Positions 1-10,180 of a DNA stretch of 64,000 nucleotides are shown in pieces. The DNA lies in NCBI GenBank assembly GCA_021613535.1, contig CP075497.1:682001-746000 (forward strand). Reading direction: 5' to 3'. Position 1 is the first letter of the stretch, and every line of letters begins with the position of its first letter. Under the pieces are notes generated by a model. The model made no database searches. It worked only from the letters and a program-made list of their open reading frames with translations, and was not told the origin of the DNA. The stretch is from Adineta vaga. Taxonomy: Eukaryota > Animalia > Rotifera. The position numbers and the translations under genes were made by a program.

Positions 1-90
1 ACTTAGTATTTTACATATTTTTCCTGCCTTGCACACCATGAAAAGGAATTTTTTACAAACAGATTGCTCCTTGAAATCCGTACAAACTAA

Positions 91-409
91 GATGTTTTCA
101 TTGTCTTTAATTCCCTTCCTTTTTGCGCGACATGCGATGCAGATCGTTAGTCCAAAACGCGCAGCTTTCAAAGCCACTATTTTTCCAATTCGGTTCGCTG
201 CATGACCGTTGAATTACTGACTTCAACACGAATTTGCAGAGATCATCGACTGGAATAGGTTCACACCGGTACGGTAACGATCGAAGGATTAAAACATGCA
301 GCAAACCGAATTGGAAAAATACTGGCTTTGAAAGCTGCGCGTTTCGGACTAACGATCTGCATCGCACGTCGCACAACCAGGAAGGGAATTTTAAGACAAT
401 GAAAACATC
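91..409. repeat. Foldback/MITE-like inverted repeat (~115-bp arms)
   Basis: 91-204 (gatgttttcattgtct...gctgcatg) is the near reverse complement of 295-409 (catgcagc...agacaatgaaaacatc). Confidence 0.8.
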
Positions 410-650
410 ATGGTTTGTTTTCATTCAATGCCAAAATATTGCATGAAAAATTTTTCCAAGTGCTCACGCTATCCCGAAAAGGTGGGATTCTGGTGCACCG
501 TTTCTTAAACCACTTATAACAAAATCATTGATTCTTTAGGATAATTTTCGGTTAGATAGAAACTAACATTGCATACATGACATTCATCAATGTGTATAGG
601 CTTTTAAAATGAGCGCCTAAGGAAGTTTGCTGTATAGCTGTAGAACTTAC

Positions 651-882
651 CTGGCTTCTGCATGGTAGTGGTTGTTGATATTTTTGTTGTCGTCGTGGTG
701 ATAGTGCTGTCTGGCTTGTGTGGAGCGAGAACAACAAATTTTAACACTACAGCTAGAATGATTGCTAGAACCGTGAAAGCGGCAACAGAGACACAGATGA
801 ATTTAGCCCATCGATGACGCCACCATGTGCGTACTCTGCTGTTTTCAGGAAGAAGTTTAAAGCAAGACCAGTTCATATTCAT
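651..882 (-). CDS. First exon of a type II membrane protein (WWRHR-TM-Thr-rich stalk), paralogous to exon 1 of the Kelch gene at 23923-24244; downstream exon not found in the window
   Basis: RTWWRHRWAKFICVSVAAFTVLAIILAVVLKFVVLAPHKPDSTITTT aligns by eye to FKWWRHRRFKIICIAVIVLTIIAITFGFLLKFVILAPKKSDSTITT; gtaagt donor at 650. Confidence 0.65.
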
Positions 883-1585
883 ATGACTTTCTGAAAGAAA
901 CTATATTGAAAAACCACTCAGCACAATCTTTACAGCATTCAAAATGTGAAACACGATGTCCCTTTGAACATCGTATATTAAACGGGTGTGGTTTGTCAAC
1001 TAAATATGTCCGACAGGGGAAAAAGGCGATCTAAAGATTCAGTTTCGATTTTGGGACTATTTAAATCAGCGTCTTCTCCTCCACTCGTTGATGTCTGACG
1101 ATCTTTGATACTTTGGCAATCGTTGGATGAATCTTTGATACTATTTGGGTGACCATTAGTGACTACCTATGATTTCGAAATCTAAAGGAACATGTGGGTG
1201 CTACAAAGCACTTATTGTCTCATACGCAATAGCGTAAAGTTTTGTTCAATAATTATTTCTTTGCAAGAAGCACTAGCTAGTATTCGTTTTAATAGATGAC
1301 GCTTTAGCTTTGCCCCATCCATCACAAACGCACACGTTATCACAGACAACTTTAATGCTGAAATCTTTATATAAACGAGTTTTGCACGCGAAAGCGTTGT
1401 AAGCAAGAGCGGCTTTAAAGAATAGAAGCAATCCTTCGCTCTTTCTCATTCTAAAAAGACGGTCTATATTGCTGAGAAAACCGGACGTAAAAATGTATCC
1501 AGATTACCATGAATCTCCAAAAAGTGATTCTCAGCGAAATTTATTCTCTTTGTACTCTTAAAACTCGAAGTTCAACAGTGCTTCT

Positions 1586-2055
1586 AATTTATCTGATGTC
1601 TGTAGAATATACGAAGACCCACGAAGATCATCAAATCAAGAAATGATTCTCTTGGCAGATAGATCTCGGCGAAATAACCCTACGAAGATCCACATTTTTC
1701 GCTGGGTTATAGGAGCTAGTCGATTTGTATGTGCCCTGAAAATTTTGGCTTCCTGTATGCCTCCTGAAGAAAAATAGCACGGATCACACTTTCTTACATA
1801 TGAAAGCTTACGCACTTTAGTGTGATTTTTCTATCACTGAGAAAGTGTGGTCCGTAGTCTTTTTTTCTGGTGGTATATAGAAATCTGAAACTTTCAGAGC
1901 ACATACAACTGAACTAGTACTAACCAACCAGCGAAAAATTTGGGTCTTCGTGGATCTTCATAGAATTATTTCGCCGTGCTCTACCTGTCTAGGGAGTCAT
2001 TTCTCGATCAGATGCTCTTCGTGGGTCTTTGCAAGTTTTACAGACACCCTAATTT
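1586..2055. repeat. Degenerate foldback MITE (~210-bp imperfect arms)
   Basis: gaagacccacgaaga...tttttcgctgg...cggatcacactttct is mirrored by agaaagtgtggtccg...ccagcgaaaaa...tcttcgtgggtcttt. Confidence 0.65.
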
Positions 2056-2327
2056 ATCGACTATATGTAGGTTCCATACTTTGCGCTGCACGAGTTCCTT
2101 TTACAAGCTTTCATCGCCGAATTCTGATGCAGAAAACGAATAGTATTCCTGGACAGCGGTAAAACTCCTGCTCACAATAAAAGGTCCGGGGCCTTCTATT
2201 GTGATTCCGCACATCGCAAATTTATTGTGAGAACATCGCCCTACTTCTGTAGGGCATATTAAAAAAATTTACGCTCTAGATGGGCCTTCTATAGGGCGGG
2301 GGCTTTTAATATACGAAGGCCTTTTAA

Positions 2328-3247
2328 CCCTTTCCGGTCGGATGTTGCCATTTGGCAACAATGAATCAAAGACATCTAAAGTGATCTTATTTTAGTAACA
2401 TAAAATTCTCTTTTTGCAACGGGATAAATACTAGTAAACATAGTGGAACACACATGCATACTCGAGGAACCTTAATGCATTTTCCTCCCAGAATCTGCAT
2501 GGATCGGATGCAGCTGCCCTAAAGTGTCCTCGAAATAAATCGATCGCATTTTTCATCCACCTGACTATGATACGTGGAAATGAAGTAGTGCATAATTTTC
2601 TGTAGTCAGAACCAATGCTCAATACATGGTTAAGATAGACTCCCTCATATGTCATTGTAATCAAAAACCTGCATGTTGCCATTTGGCAACAACCGGCCAT
2701 GACGGGTGAAATATACCTCAGGAATATCATCCAACCGGTCCAAATGATGCAAATTTTATCTGTTTTTTCGAGAGAACACCACAAATTTTGTGAGATTCAT
2801 CGATGGTTCTTCGTGCTATACGATGGTTTCAGGGAAAGCTTCGTGTTGTGCTGTGAGTCTTTTAACAATCTCACAAAATTTGTGGTGTTCTCTCGAAAAA
2901 ACAGATAAAATTTGCATCATTTGGACCGGTTGGATGATATTCCTGAGGTATATTTCACCATATGACTACTAGAGACAACCCAATGCGTAGAGTTTGCTTC
3001 CTGTCGACAGTCTGGATCTGGACCAATACAAATCTATCACTCTTTGGACGAGAGACAGATTTTGTTCTATCCACCTATTTTACCCGTCATGGCCGGATGT
3101 TGCCAAATTGCAACATGTTCGTATTGCGCTTAGAATCCAGTTTTAAGACCCTACGGTGGAATTTGATAATGACTATATCAAAAGCACAACGTATATACAT
3201 GAAGATAATTTTTTGCTCGCTGTCTTCTGGTGGCCTGCCGGAAAGGG
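2328..3247. mobile_element. Non-autonomous piggyBac-type element (920 bp)
   Basis: TTAA at 2324-2327 and 3248-3251; TIRs ccctttccgg / ccggaaaggg; repeated palindrome tgttgcca-(tt/aa)-t(g/t)gcaaca at ~2343, ~2674 and ~3098. Confidence 0.85.
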
Positions 3248-3545
3248 TTAAACGGGGGGGGGAGTTCTCACATATCCTGTAGATCCAGGATGCTGGAGAT
3301 GCATTTAGAAATGCGAGAAATGCTAAATCTCTAATATATAGTATATTTAAGAAAAACGTTTTTCATTAGTTTTGCCTGCTATCATATCGGGAGATGCGTG
3401 TCACATAAACCCCCTCCCAAAATAGAAGCCCCCCTTGGAAGAGTCAACATGAACTGCATATCCGAAGTCCTCCATTTGTGAGACCTTTGTTTTAGATGTT
3501 TTATGCGACTTTTATGCAGTTTTCCAAAATTTGATTATTTTTTTT

Positions 3546-4049
3546 TGTTAGCGTCATTGGATATTACTTCATGACGCTACCTTCTACATAGTTGTTTTCT
3601 TTCATTTCTATACATATATATACACATATATATGTATATCTTCTTTCTCTTTCTTTCCTGTCGTCTTTTGGTTTTCGTTGATTATCATGTCCGTTCTCAT
3701 GATGATTTCTGTGATTGTATTTCTTCTTTGTTTTCTCCTCTTTTCTATTTTTTCTCAGATCATCTCTGATCTATATTTATATTATTGTTTTTCTTTTTCT
3801 CCAGTCAGTCTTTTGTTATCATTTTCTTTAATGTTTTATTTGATTTCATCCAATAAAACACCGTTATCATCTTTCCTCATCTCATCCACATCCATTTTCT
3901 TCATCTCCTCATCATTCCAGTCATCTCCGGTAGGATTTTTGACGTGGTTCTTGATTTCACATCAGATCATACGTTCATATAGTTGTTCAGCTTACGATAT
4001 ATTCGTTAGCTGGAGATTTATCTTCATCCCCTGATATAAGAGACTCACA
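3546..4049 (+). repeat. 5' LTR (504 bp)
   Basis: tgttagcgtcattgg...gagactcaca; direct repeat of 11554-12058. Confidence 0.95.
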
Positions 4050-4052
4050 TTT

Positions 4053-4070
4053 TGGTGGAGAAGTTGGGCA
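4053..4070 (+). promoter_or_regulatory. Primer binding site, probably tRNA-Ala
   Basis: TGGTGGAGAAGTTGGGCA lies 3 nt after the LTR and resembles the complement of the 3' end of metazoan tRNA-Ala (…UUCUCCACCA). Confidence 0.8.
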
Positions 4071-4371
4071 ACTTTTAGCCTATTTTGTTCGTTCGTAACT
4101 ATTGATACATAAACGAACACATAAATATATTTATACACATCTTTAAACGGCGTGTTATTCAGATCGAGAAATTGCTCGTTCTGTTTATTACTGACGTCAT
4201 CTCTTTATTCTTGTCTTTTTTCTCTCTCTTCTTTTTCTTTTCTCACATAACGTATATACTATACGATACATTTATTTCTCTATACAGAGACGACTATCGA
4301 TTTCTCTTCATTCTTAGAAAAGAAACACAAATAAATAAAAATAAAAGAATACATACTTACATATTTACACG

Positions 4372-6276
4372 ATGACAGAACCTCAGAACAACACATCACT
4401 TTTTGCTTCAGAAGCACGTGACTCACTAGATTCCGAATTATGTAATCCTAATCCTGTTTTTTCCTCTACAAAGAACACAGATGACGATGCATCACATCCA
4501 ATTTACAAAACGGGGAGATTAACACTGCTACCTACGGTACTTCAACAATCAAAGGAATATGAAACTAACAATTCTTCCGTAGATGAGACTCTAATTCAAT
4601 CAAATCAAGCTAGGTCTTCATCTAAAAATCAGGAAGTCTCGAGTAAACAAGATTGTTCTCCACAGAGTAATCTTACAAGTCGATTTGCTAAATTACACAT
4701 TGATGATGCTATTGAAAATAAGTCATATTCTCATGATGATCAACAGATTGAAGATGATTCTTTTGATGTTTTTATATTAAAGCATTTCACTCAGTATACC
4801 GGTCGAGAGGATGTCATTCAATGGCTTGATGATACTGAAGAGAAATTCAAAAAGTTCGCTATAGGTAGAAACGCTCGATTTGTTGCCATATCATTTCTAG
4901 TGGCAAGCGAAGCTAAACGACGATATATTCGATGCCGGGCATCTATAAAATCTTTTGATGATTTTTACGCGTTTCTGTTAACGGAGTTTGATTCTTCATC
5001 TATTTCCTCATCATCGTCGAAAACTACTCATCAAGTTCGGTTCACGAATGACACTTTACCAGTAAAGAATAGTTCTACGTCCATTACATCCTCTCACGTT
5101 CAACCTCAAACTGACTTTATGTCAGACACTTTCGATCCATTATTTTCTTCAGCTACCACTTCAGTAGTTCAACGTGGTGTTGCCGCTCCTATCCACGGCA
5201 AACCAGCTCTAAATTCCACTACTTCCTCTCAAGCTTCTTCTACTTTTGAACTTGATCAAACTCTCAGTGATCTTCGCAAAGCTATTGTAGGAGATTTCAT
5301 CAAAAATCCTAAAGTGTTTAAAGGTGGTAAAGACGATGTTAAGAAATGGATCGAAAACATTGAACATCTCTTTGATTTAGCACATTTACCCGAATCTATT
5401 CGTTTAGATCTAATTTCTTATTCCTTACGCGGTGATGCATTAGATTGGTTTAAGAATAATCATTCATCATTTACTTCTTGGCCTCTTTTCGTTACAGAAT
5501 TGAAACGAGCATTCACTTCATCTTTTCATGAAGAACTCGCTTTCAAAAAGTTAGAGTCATATTCTCAAACAGAAAATCAATCGATTCGTAGCTTCGTCAA
5601 TGAAGTATTGAAACTTTGTAAAGAAGCTGACCCGACAATGAGTGAAGCTACGAAACTCAAAAACCTTTTAAATAAAGCTAAACCTTCTATTCAATACGAA
5701 GTACGCAAGAAAAAACCTCAATCAACAAGTGAATTTCTTGACTTTGCGAAAGAAGCTGAAGAACTTATGCAATTATCAAATTTAACTTTTCCTAACGCTC
5801 TTGGTGTACCTCATGATTCGTTCTCACAATCTACACCTATATCTATCGTTCCTTCGTATTCTGTTTCCCAGAATAACTACCCCTATACAAATTTTCGCAA
5901 CTCTAATAATAGATACCAAGGTTCGAACAGTCGAAACTTTTCGCCCCAACGACGAAACTTTCCTTCTCAATCGAGAAATTTTTCTAATTCATCAGCTCTA
6001 TCATCACAAAATCGGTCGACTCCTAACCCCACTTTTTCACAACAATCTCAACCACGTAACCCAATTCCCACGTATATTCCTAGTAGTAGTCCTAGCCCTC
6101 TTATGACAAACTCCAATACGAACAATACAATCCCTCTTCGGCAACCTACTGTTAATGTTATTGATCTCCCTCAATCAGCCGATCACATTGACCTTATATC
6201 AAATGAACTTCCATCCTTTGCCTGCAGCCGTTGTAATCAACTTGGACATGAGGCTTCGGCCTGTTCAAGTTTCTAG
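4372..6276 (+). CDS. gag: Gag (capsid-like domains, C-terminal CCHC zinc knuckle)
   Basis: 634-aa ORF; PKVFKGGKDDVKKWIENIE...LRGDALDWF retrotransposon-gag motif; CSRCNQLGHEASAC knuckle. Confidence 0.93.
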   Translation: MTEPQNNTSLFASEARDSLDSELCNPNPVFSSTKNTDDDASHPIYKTGRLTLLPTVLQQSKEYETNNSSVDETLIQSNQARSSSKNQEVSSKQDCSPQSNLTSRFAKLHIDDAIENKSYSHDDQQIEDDSFDVFILKHFTQYTGREDVIQWLDDTEEKFKKFAIGRNARFVAISFLVASEAKRRYIRCRASIKSFDDFYAFLLTEFDSSSISSSSSKTTHQVRFTNDTLPVKNSSTSITSSHVQPQTDFMSDTFDPLFSSATTSVVQRGVAAPIHGKPALNSTTSSQASSTFELDQTLSDLRKAIVGDFIKNPKVFKGGKDDVKKWIENIEHLFDLAHLPESIRLDLISYSLRGDALDWFKNNHSSFTSWPLFVTELKRAFTSSFHEELAFKKLESYSQTENQSIRSFVNEVLKLCKEADPTMSEATKLKNLLNKAKPSIQYEVRKKKPQSTSEFLDFAKEAEELMQLSNLTFPNALGVPHDSFSQSTPISIVPSYSVSQNNYPYTNFRNSNNRYQGSNSRNFSPQRRNFPSQSRNFSNSSALSSQNRSTPNPTFSQQSQPRNPIPTYIPSSSPSPLMTNSNTNNTIPLRQPTVNVIDLPQSADHIDLISNELPSFACSRCNQLGHEASACSSF

Positions 6277-9200
6277 ATCCGGAGACATCGATAGATGGTG
6301 TTGTCTCCGGAAACCATTTTGCAAATCCATCGAAATCTTCCTTAATCTATTTTACTACACTTGTTAATCACTATCCTACTAAAAGCTTACTTGATACCGG
6401 AGCAACTACAACTTTCATTCATAAAAACTTGTTGAAACATCTCACTGATTACGAAGTGATTAACACACCACCCTATTCTTTTGTTTTGGCAGACGGCCTA
6501 GCACCTTTTCAAGTATTAGGCGCTGTTATTTTGACCCTTCAATTTTCTAACTTCTTGACTACCGTCACCGCTCAAATTGCTGAGAACCTTTGTACTACTA
6601 TGATCTTAGGAATGGATTATATTAATTGCTACAACCTTAGTTTTAATACTAGAAATCAGTCTATATCTATTGAATATGACAATCGAGAAATAACGATCAA
6701 TATGGACACAGAGCAGTATATTAAGAAAAGTGATCGCCTCAGATATACCGATTATCACGAATCACCTTGTTTCTTACCTGTAATTTTTACATCACTGTCT
6801 TCATCATTTGATGTTACCAGCACTTCTGGTGAATTATCAGCTTTATTTGATACCCGTACAGTTGTTTCAGCTATCTCTCCTTCGCATAATTCAAAGATAT
6901 CATCCATTACTGATCAATTTTGTTTTCAACCTCCCAATCACTTGCTAGCTTGTAATGCTATACATACACCCCCAGATTCTGTCATAACCGCTATCGAAGC
7001 ATTAGTGAAAACAATTAATAATCCATCATATCGCAATCAACTATACGAATTATTAATTCATTTTTCTTCTTCTTTTGATATTAGTAAACATAGCATCGCA
7101 AACACGTCTATCCATCATGTTATAAATACAGTTCCGCATTCTCCGCCAGCTTGTAGACCTTATCCACAACCAGATAAAGATCCGATTCTTTATGAATTAA
7201 TACAAGAATTTCTACAAGCAGGTCTCATCTGTGAGTCTCATTCCCCGTATGCGGCACCTGCTATGCTTGTTAAAAAGAAAGAGGGATCTCATCGACTTGT
7301 TGTTGACTATAAAAGATTGAACTTAGTCACTATTAAAGATTCCTCACCTTTACCCAATATGGAGGATACTCTTCGCAAATTAGGTGCAGGTTACTGTTAT
7401 TTTTCTAAACTCGACTTAAAATCAGGTTTTTATCAAATTCCGATACGTGAAGAAGATAAAGAAAAAACTGCATTTGTAACTTCTTTCGGATTGTTTCAGT
7501 TTAATGTACTGCCCATGGGCTTAAAAAATTCACCTCCCACCTTTCAGAAAGTCATGGCAGATACCTTGAAACTTTGCCGATCCTTCTCTTCTGTCTATCT
7601 TGATGACATCATTGTTTTTTCTAAGTCTTTCGAGGAGCACCTACATCATTTAGAAAAGGTTTTCGTTGCTTTACAAACAAAAAATTTAATTCTTAATCCT
7701 TCTGAATGTGTCTTTGCCGCTAGCGAAATTGATTACTTAGGACATACTGTCAGTCAATATCAACTTAAACCTTTGAAAGAACGAATTGAAACTATTCTTG
7801 CTATTAGAGAACCCAAAACACTTACTCAAGCTAATAAGTTTATAGGTTCATTAAGCTGGTATCGCAAGTTTATTCCTCATTTTGCTACTGCTGCAGCTCC
7901 CATACACGCAGTAACGAATCTAACTAAGGATAAACGTCATAAATTTAAATGGCAATACGCTCAATCGAAGGCATTCCGTGAATTACAACAAATGCTTATT
8001 AGCACACCACTATTTCTTCATTACCCGGTTGATGGCGTACCTTTAATGCTAACAACCGACGCTAGTAATATTGGTATTGGTGGAGTCCTTCAGCAGGAAG
8101 TAAATGGTAAAATCCATAACTTGTATTACCATTCTCAATTGATGACTACATGTGAACGCAAATATAGCACGATAGAGAAAGAAGCTCTTGCAATTTATAA
8201 ATGCTTCGCTCGTATGCGTACTTTTTTGTTAGGTCGCAGTATTATTCTACGCACTGATCATTGTCCGCTGTGTCACATCATGGAGAAAACAGTACAAAAT
8301 GCACGTGTTGAACGCATCACTCATCTAATTCAGGAATATAATATCGAAAAAGTAATCCACATCAAAGGCAATGATAATTGTCTTCCTGATTTTCTTTCTC
8401 GTTATTCTCCCGACGCACATGATGATTTATTTGATGTCGAATATGGCTTAGGAAGTAAAAGCGCTTTACTCGCTGCCATGACTCTACGATCTCATAACAA
8501 ACGCAATCAGATATCCATTGATCCTAAGACACTCGATTCTGACTCTGTCAATATCAATGAACATAGTTCTGACATAGTCATGTCATCGACACCTCCTCCT
8601 AAGCAATTCTCAGCAAATTATTTTGATTTAAATCAAATACAAACAGAACAACAAAATGATCTTACTATCCAGAACGTTTTTCAACAAATATCTAATCGTA
8701 TACCTAATATAGATTATGTATTAAAGAATAATATAGTTTTTAAGTTAATTACACCTTCACGCCGTTCTAAACGTAAATTCGAAGTTATATATTTACCTTC
8801 GTCCATGGAACAGTCTCTAATTCAGGCGTGTCATGACGATCCTATGACAGGAGCCCATTTCTCGTTTGAACGCACCTATCAGAAAATTAAACGTCTCTAT
8901 TGGTGGCCATCGAAGAAGTCTGCTATTAGATGCTATATCGAATGCTGCATTTTGTGTAAACAGCATAACATTAGTCGACATAAGAAACATGGTCATTTAT
9001 CTCCCCTTAATCCACCCGAGGGACCCTTTCTTATGATTGGTATCGATTATTGTGGTCCCTTACAAAGGACACCCCGTGAAAATCAGTACGTCCTCGTTAT
9101 AACTGATTATTTCACTCGTCATATAACCGCAATCGCTTTACCTAATTGTACCGCAGAAATAACTGCACAAACGCTGTTTAATGATTATTTCTGTAAGTAC

Positions 9201-9851
9201 GGAATACCCACAGTCATTCTGAGTGATCAAGGATCACATTTTCGGAATCAACTGATGGAGAATATTCAGCACCTTATCGGTTACAATCATATTTTTAGCA
9301 CTCCCTATCACCCGCAGACAAATGGCGTCGTTGAACGCTTTAATGCCACCTTCATTCCTCAAATAGCAAAACTACAGGATACTCAGGACAACAACTGGGA
9401 TGAGTATTTGCAGGCGGTAGTTTTCGCATACAATACAGGTGTTCATAAGACGACGAAATATTCTCCTTTTGAACTATTATACGGTCGCCCTGCTCGTTTG
9501 CCCATTACCATTCGACCTATGTCTGTTTCTTTCACCAGACCGAATGATTATTTTGAACAATTACAAAGAACCTTGCGCATTTATCACAAAGCTGCGCATG
9601 ACAACGTTCTCCTACAGCAGCGACGTAGTAAACAGTCATATGATCGTAATCGAAGTGATCCTCATTATTCCATTGGTAACCTTGTTCTTACCAAAATACA
9701 TGGATATAGAGGCAAACTAGACCCCAAATTCTCACCTATCCCGAAGATGATTACTAGAACAAATCATCCTACATACGAAGTACAAGATATCGAAACTAAT
9801 CTTATTTCCAAAGTACATGTTAATGATATCCGACTACTTTTCGTCGAATAG
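6252..9851 (+). CDS. pol: Pol (aspartic protease, RT, RNase H, integrase), expressed by probable -1 frameshift
   Basis: The frame is open from 6252, upstream of the track start, and includes LLDTGATTTFI (protease). It also has LDLKSGFYQI, LPMGLKNSP and YLDD (RT), TTDAS...EKEALAI (RNase H), and HHCC plus IDYCGP/SDQG/VERFN (integrase). Confidence 0.96.
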   Translation, partial: GFGLFKFLDPETSIDGVVSGNHFANPSKSSLIYFTTLVNHYPTKSLLDTGATTTFIHKNLLKHLTDYEVINTPPYSFVLADGLAPFQVLGAVILTLQFSNFLTTVTAQIAENLCTTMILGMDYINCYNLSFNTRNQSISIEYDNREITINMDTEQYIKKSDRLRYTDYHESPCFLPVIFTSLSSSFDVTSTSGELSALFDTRTVVSAISPSHNSKISSITDQFCFQPPNHLLACNAIHTPPDSVITAIEALVKTINNPSYRNQLYELLIHFSSSFDISKHSIANTSIHHVINTVPHSPPACRPYPQPDKDPILYELIQEFLQAGLICESHSPYAAPAMLVKKKEGSHRLVVDYKRLNLVTIKDSSPLPNMEDTLRKLGAGYCYFSKLDLKSGFYQIPIREEDKEKTAFVTSFGLFQFNVLPMGLKNSPPTFQKVMADTLKLCRSFSSVYLDDIIVFSKSFEEHLHHLEKVFVALQTKNLILNPSECVFAASEIDYLGHTVSQYQLKPLKERIETILAIREPKTLTQANKFIGSLSWYRKFIPHFATAAAPIHAVTNLTKDKRHKFKWQYAQSKAFRELQQMLISTPLFLHYPVDGVPLMLTTDASNIGIGGVLQQEVNGKIHNLYYHSQLMTTCERKYSTIEKEALAIYKCFARMRTFLLGRSIILRTDHCPLCHIMEKTVQNARVERITHLIQEYNIEKVIHIKGNDNCLPDFLSRYSPDAHDDLFDVEYGLGSKSALLAAMTLRSHNKRNQISIDPKTLDSDSVNINEHSSDIVMSSTPPPKQFSANYFDLNQIQTEQQNDLTIQNVFQQISNRIPNIDYVLKNNIVFKLITPSRRSKRKFEVIYLPSSMEQSLIQACHDDPMTGAHFSFERTYQKIKRLYWWPSKKSAIRCYIECCILCKQHNISRHKKHGHLSPLNPPEGPFLMIGIDYCGPLQRTPRENQYVLVITDYFTRHITAIALPNCTAEITAQTLFNDYFCKYGIPTVILSDQGSHFRNQLMENIQHLIGYNHIFSTPYHPQTNGVVERFNATFIPQIAKLQDTQDNNWDEYLQAVVFAYNTGVHKTTKYSPFELLYGRPARLPITIRPMSVSFTRPNDYFEQLQRTLRIYHKAAHDNVLLQQRRSKQSYDRNRSDPHYSIGNLVLTKIHGYRGKLDPKFSPIPKMITRTNHPTYEVQDIETNLISKVHVNDIRLLFVE
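6267..6311 (+). promoter_or_regulatory. Candidate -1 ribosomal frameshift signal (slippery A AGT TTC plus stem-loop)
   Basis: The gag stop TAG is followed by the 10-bp stem tccggagaca (6278-6287) / tgtctccgga (6302-6311); pol is in the -1 frame. Confidence 0.65.
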
Positions 9852-10180
9852 ATTATCTCGTTAGTATATCCTATTCTTCATCGTATTACGTCATTGACAT
9901 ATGATCCTTTTTTCAATGGCAATTCAAATTCCCTCTTCTGTCTCATAAAGAATTGACTCTTCCCTTTCTTAGTTATGGAATTGAATCAGTACACTCTTTC
10001 ATTAGACAGAAATAATAAATCTAATATCTACTAAACTGTCTGATCTGTGTTTACATTCAATCTCTATTGAATATGGATCAATCATTATCTTCATTTTTTT
10101 CCAGATATATTCAGCATTTCTGTGTTTGTTACTTCCTTTTTCAACAACTATAAAAAAAAATTCATCACTCTCTTTCTACT

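Noticed and set aside
107-446. Overlapping ORFs sharing PNWKNxGFESCAF
   Set aside because: An artefact of the foldback repeat at 91-409.
2431-2972. Two ORFs with identical peptide on opposite strands (WCSLEKTDKICIIW...)
   Set aside because: An artefact of the 93-bp inverted repeat.
3678-4034. Hydrophobic ORFs inside both LTRs (also 11686-11991)
   Set aside because: They arise from T/C-rich composition, start at TTG, and differ by a frameshift between the two LTRs.
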